Shown here piece by piece: positions 36,659-46,417 of a stretch of DNA of 64,000 bases. The stretch comes from Dehalococcoidia bacterium (GTDB lineage: Bacteria; Chloroflexota; Dehalococcoidia; Lucifugimonadales; GCA-2712585): positions 2,356,615 through 2,420,614 of the forward strand of contig CBDCSX010000002.1 of NCBI GenBank assembly GCA_965221895.1, given 5' to 3'. The notes under the pieces are model-generated. The model saw only the letters and a list, made by a program, of their open reading frames with translations. It was not told the DNA's origin and did no database searches. Every line of letters starts with the position of its first letter. Within the stretch, counting starts at the first letter, position 1. The position numbers and the translations under genes are program-made.

Positions 36659-37999
36659 CTACGGGGATTTCGGGCGGTTTCGCCATCGTGCCAGCCGGCG
36701 TTCAATCTCCTGTTCCGCGCCCTGACTGCTGGGACGGTAGTACCTTCTCCCCTTGAGCGATGTGGGCAGAAACTCCTGCTCCACGTAGTTGTCGGTGTAG
36801 TCGTGGGCGTACTTGTATCCCTTCCCGTAGCCTTCCGTCCGCATCAACCCCGTTACGGCGTTACGCAGGTGCAGGGGGACAGGAGCGTTCGACGTGTTGC
36901 GTACATCCGCAATGGCCCGGTCGAGGGCCGCGTAGGCGGAGTTGCTCTTGGGGCAGGTTGCAAGGTAGACGGTGGCTTCCGCCAGGGGAATCCTTCCCTC
37001 CGGCATGCCGATAAAATGAACAGCCTGCTGGGCGGCCACGGCGATGGATAGGGCGGTTGGGTCGGCCAGGCCAATATCTTCTGCCGCCAGTATCACCAGC
37101 CTCCGGGCGATGAACATGGGGTCTTCGCCCGCCTCTATCATCCGGGCCAACCAGTAGAGGGCGCCGTCGGGGTGGGAGCCGCGAACGGACTTGATGAATG
37201 CGGAGATAACGTCGTAGTGCTGGTCTCCCGCCTTGTCGTAGAGCATTGCCCGTCGCTGCATGGTGTCTTCGGCAATTCGCAAGGTGATCCGGCGCACGCC
37301 TTCGCTGTCCGGCCTGGTGGCGTGGACGGCGAACTCCAGAGTGTTGAGAGCCGCACGCGCGTCGCCGTTGGACATGTCCACCAGAAAATCGAGGGCGTCG
37401 GAATCCAGAAGTAGCTTCAGGTGTCCCATGCCCCGTTCGGGAATTGTGATGGCCCTTTCTACCAGGGTTCGCACCTGCTCACCGGTAAGCTGTTTGAGGG
37501 TGAATACGCGGGAACGGGATAGAAGGGGCGCGATGACTTCAAAGGAAGGGTTTTCCGTCGTGGCCCCGATTAGCGTGACCGCGCCGTTCTCCACGTGTGG
37601 CAGGATAACGTCCTGTTGCGCCTTGTTGAAGCGGTGGATTTCGTCGATGAACAGGATAGTGCGCTGATTGTGGAGGCCCAACCGATCTTTAGCGTCCGCG
37701 ACGGCTTTGCGGAGTTGGGCCACGCCGGAGCCGACGGCGCTGATCGGTTCGAAGTGGGCGCTGGTGAGACCCGCGATTACGTGGGCCAGGGTAGTCTTCC
37801 CGCTGCCGGGTGGCCCCCAAAGAATGAGCGACGGAATGCGGTCCGACTCAATGGCGCGCCGCAAGGCGCTCTCGGCCCCCACAAGATGCTCTTGGCCGAT
37901 GAATTCTTCCAAAGTTCGGGGGCGGATGCGGGCGGCCAGTGGAGCGTTGGCTTCCTGGCGCCTCCGGCCGCGCTGTTCGAAAAGGTCCATGCCGCTCAT
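36659..37999 (-). CDS. rarA: Replication-associated recombination protein A (AAA+ ATPase RarA/MgsA)
   Basis: Walker A LWGPPGSGKTTLAHVIA and Walker B ILFIDEIHRFNKAQQD. The C-terminal region includes RGSHPDGALYWLARMIEAGEDP. Start moved to ATG 37999 (MSGMDLFEQ). Confidence 0.9.
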   Translation of the reverse strand: MSGMDLFEQRGRRRQEANAPLAARIRPRTLEEFIGQEHLVGAESALRRAIESDRIPSLILWGPPGSGKTTLAHVIAGLTSAHFEPISAVGSGVAQLRKAVADAKDRLGLHNQRTILFIDEIHRFNKAQQDVILPHVENGAVTLIGATTENPSFEVIAPLLSRSRVFTLKQLTGEQVRTLVERAITIPERGMGHLKLLLDSDALDFLVDMSNGDARAALNTLEFAVHATRPDSEGVRRITLRIAEDTMQRRAMLYDKAGDQHYDVISAFIKSVRGSHPDGALYWLARMIEAGEDPMFIARRLVILAAEDIGLADPTALSIAVAAQQAVHFIGMPEGRIPLAEATVYLATCPKSNSAYAALDRAIADVRNTSNAPVPLHLRNAVTGLMRTEGYGKGYKYAHDYTDNYVEQEFLPTSLKGRRYYRPSSQGAEQEIERRLARWRNRPKSP

Positions 38000-38089
38000 C
38001 TGGAGAGTCCTGCCTTTCCCAGTGTTCCTGGGAGAATTGTAGCACCTGATTCTATTGTGAGGGACGTAGAGGCGTGATAGCTTTATCTC

Positions 38090-38914
38090 ATGACAATGCC
38101 GAAAGATCAGGGGAATACCCCGACGGAATCCGCAGGTCCCGCACCCATGCCCCAGAACGAGTACCATGTCCCACCGCCAGAAGGGGACGAGAGTTGGGTA
38201 GCCGCTCCCTCAGGCGACACCAGCGCCGATGAGACGCTGATTCCCCCAGTGTCCTGGGGTCTGACGGCTGTCGCGGCAGCCATTCTTGTGGCCCTCGCCG
38301 GCTTGGGATTGAGCCTGATATTTCTTCGCTTGGCAGTGGGTAATGAAGGCGTGGAATCCGCCCTAGCCTTTAACGTCAGCCTGATGGTGATCGTCGTCAT
38401 GATGTTTTCGACGGCGTGGTTCTTTGGCCCGGCAATGCACGGCGGAGGTGCCCGTTCCCTCGGATTGATTCAGAGCTCCCGCAGCATGTCGTGGCTGCTT
38501 CCTCCGGCGGTCCTGGTAGCTGTACTGCTGTTCAACGCCGCCTACGTGGCCGTCGTCACCCAGCTTGGAATAGACCTTCTCAAGCCGCAGGAACTCCCCT
38601 TCGACGATTACAGCCCTCCGGCATTAGCCATCACTGGGGTCATGGTAATCCTGGCCGGACCATTTGCAGAGGAGGTCTTCTTCCGGGGGTTTGTCCTTTC
38701 GGGGCTAACTCGCCGGTGGGGGCCGGTGGTGGGCCTTCTGGTCAGCGCAGCTATATTCAGTTTGGCCCATGCCAGCGTGGCGATTATCATTCCGATCTTT
38801 GTAGCTGGAGCGCTGCTGGGCTGGCTCTACCTTCGAACTGGCTCCCTATGGAGCTGCGTTTGGGTACATGGAGCGCAGAACGTCGTCGCTTTCGTTGCTG
38901 TCCTACTTCTTTGA
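38090..38914 (+). CDS. CPBP-family intramembrane glutamic endopeptidase (CAAX protease-like)
   Basis: Multi-TM protein with GPFAEEVFFRGF, FSLAHA and HGAQN motifs. Confidence 0.8.
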   Translation: MTMPKDQGNTPTESAGPAPMPQNEYHVPPPEGDESWVAAPSGDTSADETLIPPVSWGLTAVAAAILVALAGLGLSLIFLRLAVGNEGVESALAFNVSLMVIVVMMFSTAWFFGPAMHGGGARSLGLIQSSRSMSWLLPPAVLVAVLLFNAAYVAVVTQLGIDLLKPQELPFDDYSPPALAITGVMVILAGPFAEEVFFRGFVLSGLTRRWGPVVGLLVSAAIFSLAHASVAIIIPIFVAGALLGWLYLRTGSLWSCVWVHGAQNVVAFVAVLLL

Positions 38915-38981
38915 CGGAAGTAAAAGCGTCGACTCTTGGCGCGTGTGTTATACTTCCCCCCGTTAGAAATTGTGAGCCGAA

Positions 38982-39803
38982 GTGATCAAAAGCCGAATTG
39001 AAGCTAAGTTCGCCCAATTAAGGGCCGAGGGAAGAACGGGCCTCATCCTCTACATGATGGCGGGTCATCCCAGCCTGGAGGTGACGGAACGGCTGATTCC
39101 CGCCTTGGTAGAGGCGGGCGCCGATGCCATTGAAGTTGGCGTGCCCTTCAGCGACCCTCTGGCCGATGGCGCTACGATCCAAGCGGCGGGGTTTCACGCC
39201 CTCCAGCAAGGCGTCACCCTGTCAGACTGCGTAGATCTGGTTGCGCGTCTTCGTTCCAAGCTGCCGGATACGCCCATGCTCCTCATGGGCTATTACAACC
39301 CCATTCTGAACATCGGCGTGGAGCGTTTCTGCCGTGAAGCGGGAGAAGCAACTGTGGATGGCCTGATTGTAGTAGACCTGCCGGCCGAGGAAGCCGGACC
39401 TTTGGCCCACAACGCAGGCCGGTTTGGTATCGACCTCATTCCTCTGTTGGCTCCAACTAGCACCGAGGAGCGCATCGAAAAGGTCTGCGCCACCGCGTCC
39501 GGTTTTATCTATTGCGTCAGCGTCACCGGAGTCACCGGAGCGCGAAGCTCCGTCAGCTCCCAAGCGCCCCTGCTGGTTGAGCGGGTCCGCCGCCATACTA
39601 GTCTGCCGGTCGCGGTGGGCTTTGGTGTCTCAAAACGGGAGCATTTTCAGGAAGTAGGTAGGATGGCTGACGCAGCAGCTGTTGGGAGCGCGCTAGTTCG
39701 TATGGTCCAGCAATCGACTCCGGAAGAAGCAGTGGAAAGAGCATCCGCCTTCGTGTCCGAGATGGTCGGCGGATCTCCTGCGTTGATGGAAGGAGTGGCC
39801 TGA
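38982..39803 (+). CDS. trpA: Tryptophan synthase alpha chain
   Basis: Motifs GADAIEVGVPFSDPLADGATIQAA and GFIYCVSVTGVTG. Confidence 0.9.
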   Translation: MIKSRIEAKFAQLRAEGRTGLILYMMAGHPSLEVTERLIPALVEAGADAIEVGVPFSDPLADGATIQAAGFHALQQGVTLSDCVDLVARLRSKLPDTPMLLMGYYNPILNIGVERFCREAGEATVDGLIVVDLPAEEAGPLAHNAGRFGIDLIPLLAPTSTEERIEKVCATASGFIYCVSVTGVTGARSSVSSQAPLLVERVRRHTSLPVAVGFGVSKREHFQEVGRMADAAAVGSALVRMVQQSTPEEAVERASAFVSEMVGGSPALMEGVA

Positions 39804-40171
39804 TGTCGGAATGCTGGGGAATTAGGGGTGCTACGACGGTCGAAGAAAACGGCAGGGAAGCTATTCTCGACGCCACCAAGGAACTGCTACAGTACATTGT
39901 CGTCGAAAATGACCTGGACAAGTCGCAAGTAGCAGCGATTTGGTTCACCACCACCCAAGACCTAAATACGGAGTACCCCGCGCTGGCGGCCCGGCGGTTG
40001 GGGTGGATGAATGTGGCCCTGCTTTGCGCCCACGAGATGCTGGTGCCCAACAGTTTGCCCATGTGCATCAGGGTGCTTATGCTCGTGAACACGGAGAAGG
40101 CGCCACAGGACCTGAAATACGTGTATTTGAAGGGGGCCGTGGGCTTGAGAACCCAGGGCCTCGACTGTTAG
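39803..40171 (+). CDS. aroH: AroH-type chorismate mutase
   Basis: 122 aa. GIRGATTVEENGREAILDATKELL...CIRVLMLVN matches the small trimeric AroH class. The ATG overlaps the trpA stop (TGATG). Confidence 0.85.
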   Translation: MSECWGIRGATTVEENGREAILDATKELLQYIVVENDLDKSQVAAIWFTTTQDLNTEYPALAARRLGWMNVALLCAHEMLVPNSLPMCIRVLMLVNTEKAPQDLKYVYLKGAVGLRTQGLDC

Positions 40172-40225
40172 TCTCGCCGGAGGGCGGGAGTGGGCAGCGA
40201 ACATGACGTTTGGAGCGGCACTCAC

Positions 40226-41251
40226 ATGATTGTGGTAATGAAGGCAGACAGCACTGACTCGGAAATTGACAACGTTAGGAAGCGCATCGAGAGCCACGGC
40301 CTCCAGGGGCATCTATCCCAGGGAGCGGAACGAACGGTAATCGGTGTCGTAGGGCAGATACATTCGGACCTGCAGGCGGAGATGGAGTTGCTCCCTGGCG
40401 TAGCGGAAGTAGTAAGAATCTCCAAGCCATTCAAGCTGGCAACTCGGGAGTTCAAAGAGGGCGATACCATTGTAAGGCTAGGCGACGTGACCATTGGCGG
40501 CGAGAAGCCGGTGATGATTGCCGGCCCTTGCGCGGTTGAGAGTGAAGAGCAGGCGATGGCGACGGCCGAAGTGGTGAAGGAGCAGGGTGCGCAGATTCTT
40601 CGCGGTGGCGCGTTCAAACCTAGAAGCTCCCCCTACAGCTTCCGGGGCATGGGCGTGCAGGGGCTGAAGATTCTGGCTGCGGCCGGTCGAGAGTTCGACA
40701 TGCCCGTGGTAACGGAGGTCATGTCGCCGGAGGATGTGGGGATGGTCGCTTCCTACGCCGATGTGCTGCAAATAGGAACGCGAAACGCCCAGAATTTTAA
40801 TCTGCTGGACGCGGTGGGGAAGCTGGACAAGCCGGTCCTGTTGAAACGGGGCTTCTCATCCTCCTACGAAGAGTGGCTGTTGGCCGCTGAGTACGTGCTC
40901 TCCGGAGGAAACAGCCAGGTGATTCTGTGCGAACGGGGCATACGCACCTTCGAGCCGTACACCCGCTTCACGGTGGACCTGGCGGCTGTGCCGGTCATAA
41001 AGAAGCTGAGCCATCTGCCCATCATCGTGGATCCCAGCCATAGCACTGGTTCCTGGGAGTTGGTGACGCCCATATCGTTGGCAGCAATAGCAGCAGGCGC
41101 CCACGGAATCATTGTGGACGTGCATCCGAACCCGTCTACTGCCAAGTGCGATGCCGCCCAGGCCCTCAGCTTTGACAAATTCCGTACGCTATCTAGGCAG
41201 GTGAAGGCCATCGCGGAAGCCATGAGCCGCGCAATGGCCGCCACCGGCTAG
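40226..41251 (+). CDS. 3-deoxy-7-phosphoheptulonate (DAHP) synthase, type I-beta with N-terminal regulatory domain
   Basis: The N-terminal ACT/ferredoxin-like segment is MIVVMKADSTDSEIDNVRKRIE. The catalytic core carries AGPCAVES, LRGGAFKPRSSPYSFRG, KRG and DPSH. Confidence 0.85.
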   Translation: MIVVMKADSTDSEIDNVRKRIESHGLQGHLSQGAERTVIGVVGQIHSDLQAEMELLPGVAEVVRISKPFKLATREFKEGDTIVRLGDVTIGGEKPVMIAGPCAVESEEQAMATAEVVKEQGAQILRGGAFKPRSSPYSFRGMGVQGLKILAAAGREFDMPVVTEVMSPEDVGMVASYADVLQIGTRNAQNFNLLDAVGKLDKPVLLKRGFSSSYEEWLLAAEYVLSGGNSQVILCERGIRTFEPYTRFTVDLAAVPVIKKLSHLPIIVDPSHSTGSWELVTPISLAAIAAGAHGIIVDVHPNPSTAKCDAAQALSFDKFRTLSRQVKAIAEAMSRAMAATG

Positions 41252-41264
41252 GAAGTCGAAAAGG

Positions 41265-41495
41265 TCACCTCCCCCGAATCTCTTCGATGTAGTCGTCCAC
41301 GCTGACGCCCTTGCCAAGGGCGTCCCTGCCCAGGATTCCGACGACTTTATCGACAGGGTGTTTCACCTTAGTCCTCTTGCGAAGAAGCAGCCCGTCCGCA
41401 GTTGGAATAATCTCCACTTCGACGTTTGGGTTCAACGCATAACGCTCCCTCAGGTGTTTGGGAATCGTGATCTGTCCTCGCTTGGAAATCCGCAA
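41265..41495 (-). CDS. AbrB/MazE/SpoVT-family DNA-binding protein (antitoxin-like)
   Basis: (M)RISKRGQITIPKHLRERYALNPNVEVEIIPTADGLLLRK is a swapped-hairpin AbrB-type motif. I favour the TTG at 41495, preceded by GAGGAA, which gives 76 aa. The track ORF extends to 41627. Confidence 0.7.
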   Translation of the reverse strand: MRISKRGQITIPKHLRERYALNPNVEVEIIPTADGLLLRKRTKVKHPVDKVVGILGRDALGKGVSVDDYIEEIRGR

Positions 41496-41589
41496 GTTTT
41501 CCTCGGTATGTGAATTGAATGTCTGAATTCGAACTAGGTGGGCCGCACGCCGCAACTGGTTTAATCCAGTCAGGTAATAGCAAAGATGA

Positions 41590-42582
41590 CTATGCGTGGG
41601 CTTCCGGGCCCTCTCCAATAACTGCAAGGATTCGGTTCTTCAACATCTCGCGTAATCCCGCTGGCGTCTTCCATACAATGTGGTTGTAATGGTTAGTGTC
41701 AAAATGCAGTGTTTTCACGGAATCTTCGCTGCAGGCGAAAATTACCGGCAAACCAAGTCCATGCGCGAATCCGGCCTCATAGTATACGCCTCCCCTTGCC
41801 CCGTCATTGCCGTGGGTGAAGTCGGCCACCAAAAATCTTGAGCGACGAAGCTCTGCAATAATCTCATCGTCAATCTTGTTGATGTGTTCCTTTCGGTCGA
41901 CCCTAAGGGGCTTATATCCCGCCTCCCTAATGGCCGGGACAATGCCCTTTTCATAAGCGTCATTTGTGCTGTCATGGAACCACATGGCTACGAATGCTTG
42001 GGTTGAGTCTGTATTTGTCCCTTGTAGTTCGATTTGACTGTGGCCTTCCACCGAAACCATCACTTCATATGGAATCTCAGTGGTATCTACGAGTGGCGGG
42101 AACGCACCGATTGGGATTTCCAAAGCTTTAGCTTTGAATAAGTAATGAATTAGATATTGGATCTCACTTTTACCTATTGACTCAGACCAAGCATAAGCAG
42201 CTGGATTCTCGTTACTGGTGTTATAAGCCGTTCCGATGGTCTTTGTTTGTTCAGCGATGAATCGCAGGAGTCTATTGGCCCTCTCATGTATCGGAAGAGG
42301 GGGTCTGCTTCTAACCTCTTCAAAAATGTCTTCAGACACCAGTGGATATCGGACACCCATGTTCCGCTGGTCTATGAGCCAGGTAGTCAGGCGCGCCTTC
42401 TCAGAGTCGTCCAACCACCCTTCGGGGAGTTTGAACTGCGCGTCTTGAGTAATAGCATAATTGCCGCCAGCTCGAGGTGAGTGATGAACTTCGTAAATCA
42501 TGTCCGAACTTCCTCTAGTGCGCCCTCCAACCCTTGCTTCATAACCGTTGCCCCAAATTAAGCATATATTCCCGTTAGCCAT
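41590..42582 (-). CDS. Two-domain protein: unknown N-terminal domain + C-terminal nucleoside 2-deoxyribosyltransferase/TIR-like Rossmannoid domain
   Basis: The C-terminal ~130 aa read AFVAMWF......YEKGIVPAIREAGYKP.RVD......I.DEIIAELRRSRFLVADFTHG.....GGVYYEAGFAHGLGLPVIFAC......LHFD. From memory, this matches the F-x-A-M-x-F ... ADxT ... YExG pattern of NDT-like/TIR-like domains. The region is visibly AT-richer. Confidence 0.6.
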   Translation of the reverse strand: MANGNICLIWGNGYEARVGGRTRGSSDMIYEVHHSPRAGGNYAITQDAQFKLPEGWLDDSEKARLTTWLIDQRNMGVRYPLVSEDIFEEVRSRPPLPIHERANRLLRFIAEQTKTIGTAYNTSNENPAAYAWSESIGKSEIQYLIHYLFKAKALEIPIGAFPPLVDTTEIPYEVMVSVEGHSQIELQGTNTDSTQAFVAMWFHDSTNDAYEKGIVPAIREAGYKPLRVDRKEHINKIDDEIIAELRRSRFLVADFTHGNDGARGGVYYEAGFAHGLGLPVIFACSEDSVKTLHFDTNHYNHIVWKTPAGLREMLKNRILAVIGEGPEAHA

Positions 42583-42717
42583 AGTAGTCCTTATACTCAG
42601 ATTCGTGTTCCAGACTGTTTGCTTGCCCTTTAGAAGATTATCGTCTCTTCACCAGAGCTTCCGAGTCTCCCAGATTTGACAGGGATACGAGTTTCTGGTG
42701 GACCAGGTTGGAGGGTT

Positions 42718-43215
42718 CTACGAGCCAGATACTTCCGCCAACCGCCCAGTTTCCACGTCGTAGATGAAACCGCGGATTCCGTCCTTTGACGGTATAAACG
42801 GGCTGGCTTTGATGCGGGCCATCGACTGTCGCACGTCCTGCTCCAGCTCCCTGAAAGCCTCAAGCGCGAAGGAGGGACGCAGTCCCGTTTCTTCCTCTAT
42901 GGCGTCCTTCAAGTCATCGTCCCGGAAGGTCGCCATGCCACAGCCGGTATGGTGAATCACCATAACCTCGCGGGTTCCCAGAAGGCGCTGGGAAATAAGC
43001 AGGGAGCGTACAACGTCGTCGCTGACCACGCCCCCAGCGTTGCGTATCACGTGGGCGTCCCCCTCGGAGATGCCCAGCAGGCTGTGAGTGTCTAGCCGGG
43101 CGTCCATACACGTGACGACTGCCAGCTTGAGGGCAGGAGGAGCAGTTAGAAGGCCTTTGTTGAAACTCTCAGCATGGCTGGCGTTCTTCGCCAACAGGTC
43201 GTCGGTGGCCGACAT
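42718..43215 (-). CDS. Beta-class carbonic anhydrase
   Basis: Zinc-ligand motifs VTCMDARLD and HHTGCGM. Confidence 0.85.
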   Translation of the reverse strand: MSATDDLLAKNASHAESFNKGLLTAPPALKLAVVTCMDARLDTHSLLGISEGDAHVIRNAGGVVSDDVVRSLLISQRLLGTREVMVIHHTGCGMATFRDDDLKDAIEEETGLRPSFALEAFRELEQDVRQSMARIKASPFIPSKDGIRGFIYDVETGRLAEVSGS

Positions 43216-43261
43216 GCGGTCCTCCTCGAGTGCACCAATTCGATGGCGCAGCTAGGGTTGT

Positions 43262-46200
43262 TTAAGGGTTAGGGTTTAGGGCCGAAACCTCCAGCTCCGC
43301 GACTAGAGCATTGAACTTAGCCACGTCCTCGTCGAGAACCGTTTTCAAAGCGTCCAGTTGCACGTTTACCTGGTCGGAAAGAAGTCCGAAGACTTCCCGC
43401 GACTGCTGGGTCGGCTTCTCGTCTGAGCTGGTGACCCAGGAGATGAGGCCGTTGATCTTCCCGTTGATCTTGGCGGGGTATTTCAGCCGGTCAATCTGGG
43501 CGTTGGCCTTGGTTTGTGCCAGTTCTCCTTCAATGGCGGCAAGCTTCTCATTAAGGTCTTTGGACGCATCGGCGACGGCCTGGGCGTTGGTCCGCCCGGT
43601 CCACTCGTCCACCTGCGTGCGAATACTGCGTATCTGCTCAACGGCTGCGTGGGTTTGAGTGAGCTTGTCACGCATGCGGATGAGGAAGCTGAACTGCTCT
43701 TGCATCTCCTCTTGGGTGGCCTGCAGTCTGGGGTCTTTGATGATTTCGAAGGATTGGGTAATGGTGCGGTCGCCCACCTGGAGGCGGACGCCGTAGCTGC
43801 CCGGCGGTGCGGTAGGGCCGGTGATGGAGGGGGGGTGCAGCGATTCGGTGAGGGGGTCTCCAGGGAGGGGCTGGGCCTTGGGATAGCGCATGTTCCAGAC
43901 GAAGCGGTTTAGGCCGGGCCGGGGCTTCGAGCCGCGTTCTTCGCCGAGGGCCAGGGAGGGAGCGTCGGCGTCGTCCTGAAACCTGTAGCGGATGATAGGC
44001 TGGCCGGAGGCGTCCAGGAAGGTGATGGACACAGGGTCTTCGGTGGCGTCATCCAGGTAGTAGTGGACGTAGACGCCACTGTGCGGGTTGGCGCCGCCGT
44101 CCATATAGCTGCGTATGACGCCGCCATCATCGTCGGGGCGCTGTGCGTAGGCGACGACGAGGGTACCCGTGCGTTCGTAGCCCCAAGGGGCTTTAGAGGG
44201 CAGGCCAAAAGTTTCGGGCGGGGTGTGCCTGTGGGTGGTGCGCGGCTTGAAGAGTCGTACGGAGGGTCCGGTGGGGTCAGCAGCGGTCTGACGCAGGGGC
44301 GAAAGGTCGTCCATTATCCAGAAGGAACGCCCGTGGGTGGCCGCGACGAGGTCGTCGTCCTTCACCTCCAGATCGTGGATGGGGACAATGGGCAGGTTCT
44401 GCTGGAGTGGCTGCCACCGGTCCCCGCCGTTGAAGGAGACCCATGCGCCATATTCAGTTCCAGCGTAAAGAAGACCTGGCTGCTCCGTGTCTTCCCGAAT
44501 CACCCGGGTGAAGTGGTTCGACGGTATGCCTTCTACGATCCGTTCCCAGGTCTTTCCGCAGTCCGTCGTGCGGTAAAGGTAAGGGGCTTCGTCGTCCAGC
44601 TTGTAGCGGGTTGCTGCCAAATAGGCAGTTGCGGGATCGTGGGGGGAGGCTTCGATGATGCTTATGAGGGCCCAAGGGGGAAGGTCAGGCGGGGTGACAT
44701 TCTGCCAAGACTCTCCGTTGTCAGTTGAAAGTTGGACGAGGCCGTCGTCCGATCCGGCCCAGAGTAATCCGGCTTTAACGGGGGATTCCGCGAGGGCGAA
44801 TACGGTGCCGTAGTATTCTGCGTTGGTGCCGTCGAGAGAGACGGGCCCGCCGGAAACTTCCATCTTGGAATGATCATTACGGGTGAGGTCCGGGCTTATG
44901 GGTTCCCAGGAGTTGCCCTGGTCGGTGGAGCGGAAGACGTGGTTGCCCGCCGTGTAGAGAACGTTGGAGTCGTGGGGGGAGAAGTGGATGGGGAAGGTCC
45001 ATTGGAAGCGGTACTTCATGTCTCTAGCGGCGATGGCGGAGGAAGATTCCGGCCAGACCATGACGTTGTGCACCTGGTGGGTTCGGTGGTTGTAGCGGCT
45101 GAGGTAGCCATTGGAGTGGTTGCCCGCGTAGACTATGTCGGGGTCGTCGGGGTTGACGGCGATGTAGCCACTCTCTCCGCCGCCTACGGTGTGCCAGTCG
45201 GCCATCGAGATTGCGCCGGTATAGGAGCGACTGGGCAGACTCATGGTGGTGTTGTCTTGCTGGGCGCCATAGACGCGGTAGGGGAAGCGGGTGTCGGTGG
45301 TTACATGGTAGAACTGGGAGGTGGGCTGGTTGTAGATAGTTGACCAGGTTTCGCCTCCGTTGAAGGAGACGCAGGCGCCGCCGTCGTTGCCTTCAATCAT
45401 GCGCCGGGGGTTGGCCGGGTCTATCCAAAGGTCGTGGTTGTCGCCGTGGGGCATATAGACCGGGGAGAAGTTGCGGCCCCCATCGACGGACTTGTAGGTG
45501 CCACCTTCCATGATGTATACCGTTTCGGGGTCTTGGGTGTCGGCGACGACGTGGCTGTAATACCAGGGGCGTCCTCGTATATCTGCGTCGTCGGAGACTA
45601 TTTCCCAAGTGTCGCCACCGTCGTCGGAGCGGAATAGGCCACCCTCTTGGGATTCAATCATTGCCCAAATGCGGCCCGACTTCGCCGGAGAGATGGCGAC
45701 GCCCATGCGCCCTTTCAGTCCCTTTGGCAGGCCGGGATTGTCGGTAATGTCCTCCCATGTGTCGCCGCCGTCGGTGGAGCGGTAGAGGCCGCTGTCGGGG
45801 CCGCCGCTGATGTTTATCCAGGGGTAGCGCTGCGTCTCATAGATGGCGGCGAAAAGAATTCTGGGGTTGTTCGGATCCATGGACAGGTCGGCGGCGCCGG
45901 CGCTGGGACTCTTGTACAGGACCTTCTCCCAGGAACTGCCGCCGTTGGTGGAGCGGAAGATGCCACGCTGTTCGTTGGGGCCGTAGGCGTGGCCCATGGC
46001 TGCCGCGTAGACCAGGTCCGGGTTTTGCGGGTGGACGCGGACGCGGGAGACATGGTGAGTGTCTTCGAGGCCCAGGTGGGCCCAGGTCTGGCCGCTGTCG
46101 GTGGACCGGTAAACGCCGTCACCGTGACAGACATTGGCTCGGAGGCAGGCCTCGCCCGTGCCTACGTAGATAACATTAGAGTCGGAGGGGGCCAATGCGA

Positions 46201-46417
46201 CGGCTCCCACGGCAGAGACGTTGAGGAAACCGTCGGTGACGTTTCGCCAATAGGTCCCGCCATCGGTAGTCTTCCAGACCCCGCCGGCGCAGGCGCCGAA
46301 GTAGAAGGTCATTGGGTCATGAGGATCACCGGCGACGGCTACGACGCGACCGCCGCGGTGCGGGCCGATCAAGCGCCATTCCATTGAGCTAAAGAGGGCG
46401 GGATTGACGGTTTCCAT
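43262..46417 (-). CDS. Large BNR/Asp-box repeat protein (sortilin/VPS10-like beta-propeller, glycoside-hydrolase-like)
   Basis: 1051 aa with many Asp-box repeats: KTTDGGTYW, RSTDSGQTW, RSTNGGSSW, RSTDGGDTW, RSDDGGDTW, KSVDGGRNF, SFNGGETW, RSTDQGNSW, STDNGESW, RTTDCGKTW. No obvious signal peptide. Confidence 0.8.
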   Translation of the reverse strand: METVNPALFSSMEWRLIGPHRGGRVVAVAGDPHDPMTFYFGACAGGVWKTTDGGTYWRNVTDGFLNVSAVGAVALAPSDSNVIYVGTGEACLRANVCHGDGVYRSTDSGQTWAHLGLEDTHHVSRVRVHPQNPDLVYAAAMGHAYGPNEQRGIFRSTNGGSSWEKVLYKSPSAGAADLSMDPNNPRILFAAIYETQRYPWINISGGPDSGLYRSTDGGDTWEDITDNPGLPKGLKGRMGVAISPAKSGRIWAMIESQEGGLFRSDDGGDTWEIVSDDADIRGRPWYYSHVVADTQDPETVYIMEGGTYKSVDGGRNFSPVYMPHGDNHDLWIDPANPRRMIEGNDGGACVSFNGGETWSTIYNQPTSQFYHVTTDTRFPYRVYGAQQDNTTMSLPSRSYTGAISMADWHTVGGGESGYIAVNPDDPDIVYAGNHSNGYLSRYNHRTHQVHNVMVWPESSSAIAARDMKYRFQWTFPIHFSPHDSNVLYTAGNHVFRSTDQGNSWEPISPDLTRNDHSKMEVSGGPVSLDGTNAEYYGTVFALAESPVKAGLLWAGSDDGLVQLSTDNGESWQNVTPPDLPPWALISIIEASPHDPATAYLAATRYKLDDEAPYLYRTTDCGKTWERIVEGIPSNHFTRVIREDTEQPGLLYAGTEYGAWVSFNGGDRWQPLQQNLPIVPIHDLEVKDDDLVAATHGRSFWIMDDLSPLRQTAADPTGPSVRLFKPRTTHRHTPPETFGLPSKAPWGYERTGTLVVAYAQRPDDDGGVIRSYMDGGANPHSGVYVHYYLDDATEDPVSITFLDASGQPIIRYRFQDDADAPSLALGEERGSKPRPGLNRFVWNMRYPKAQPLPGDPLTESLHPPSITGPTAPPGSYGVRLQVGDRTITQSFEIIKDPRLQATQEEMQEQFSFLIRMRDKLTQTHAAVEQIRSIRTQVDEWTGRTNAQAVADASKDLNEKLAAIEGELAQTKANAQIDRLKYPAKINGKINGLISWVTSSDEKPTQQSREVFGLLSDQVNVQLDALKTVLDEDVAKFNALVAELEVSALNPNP

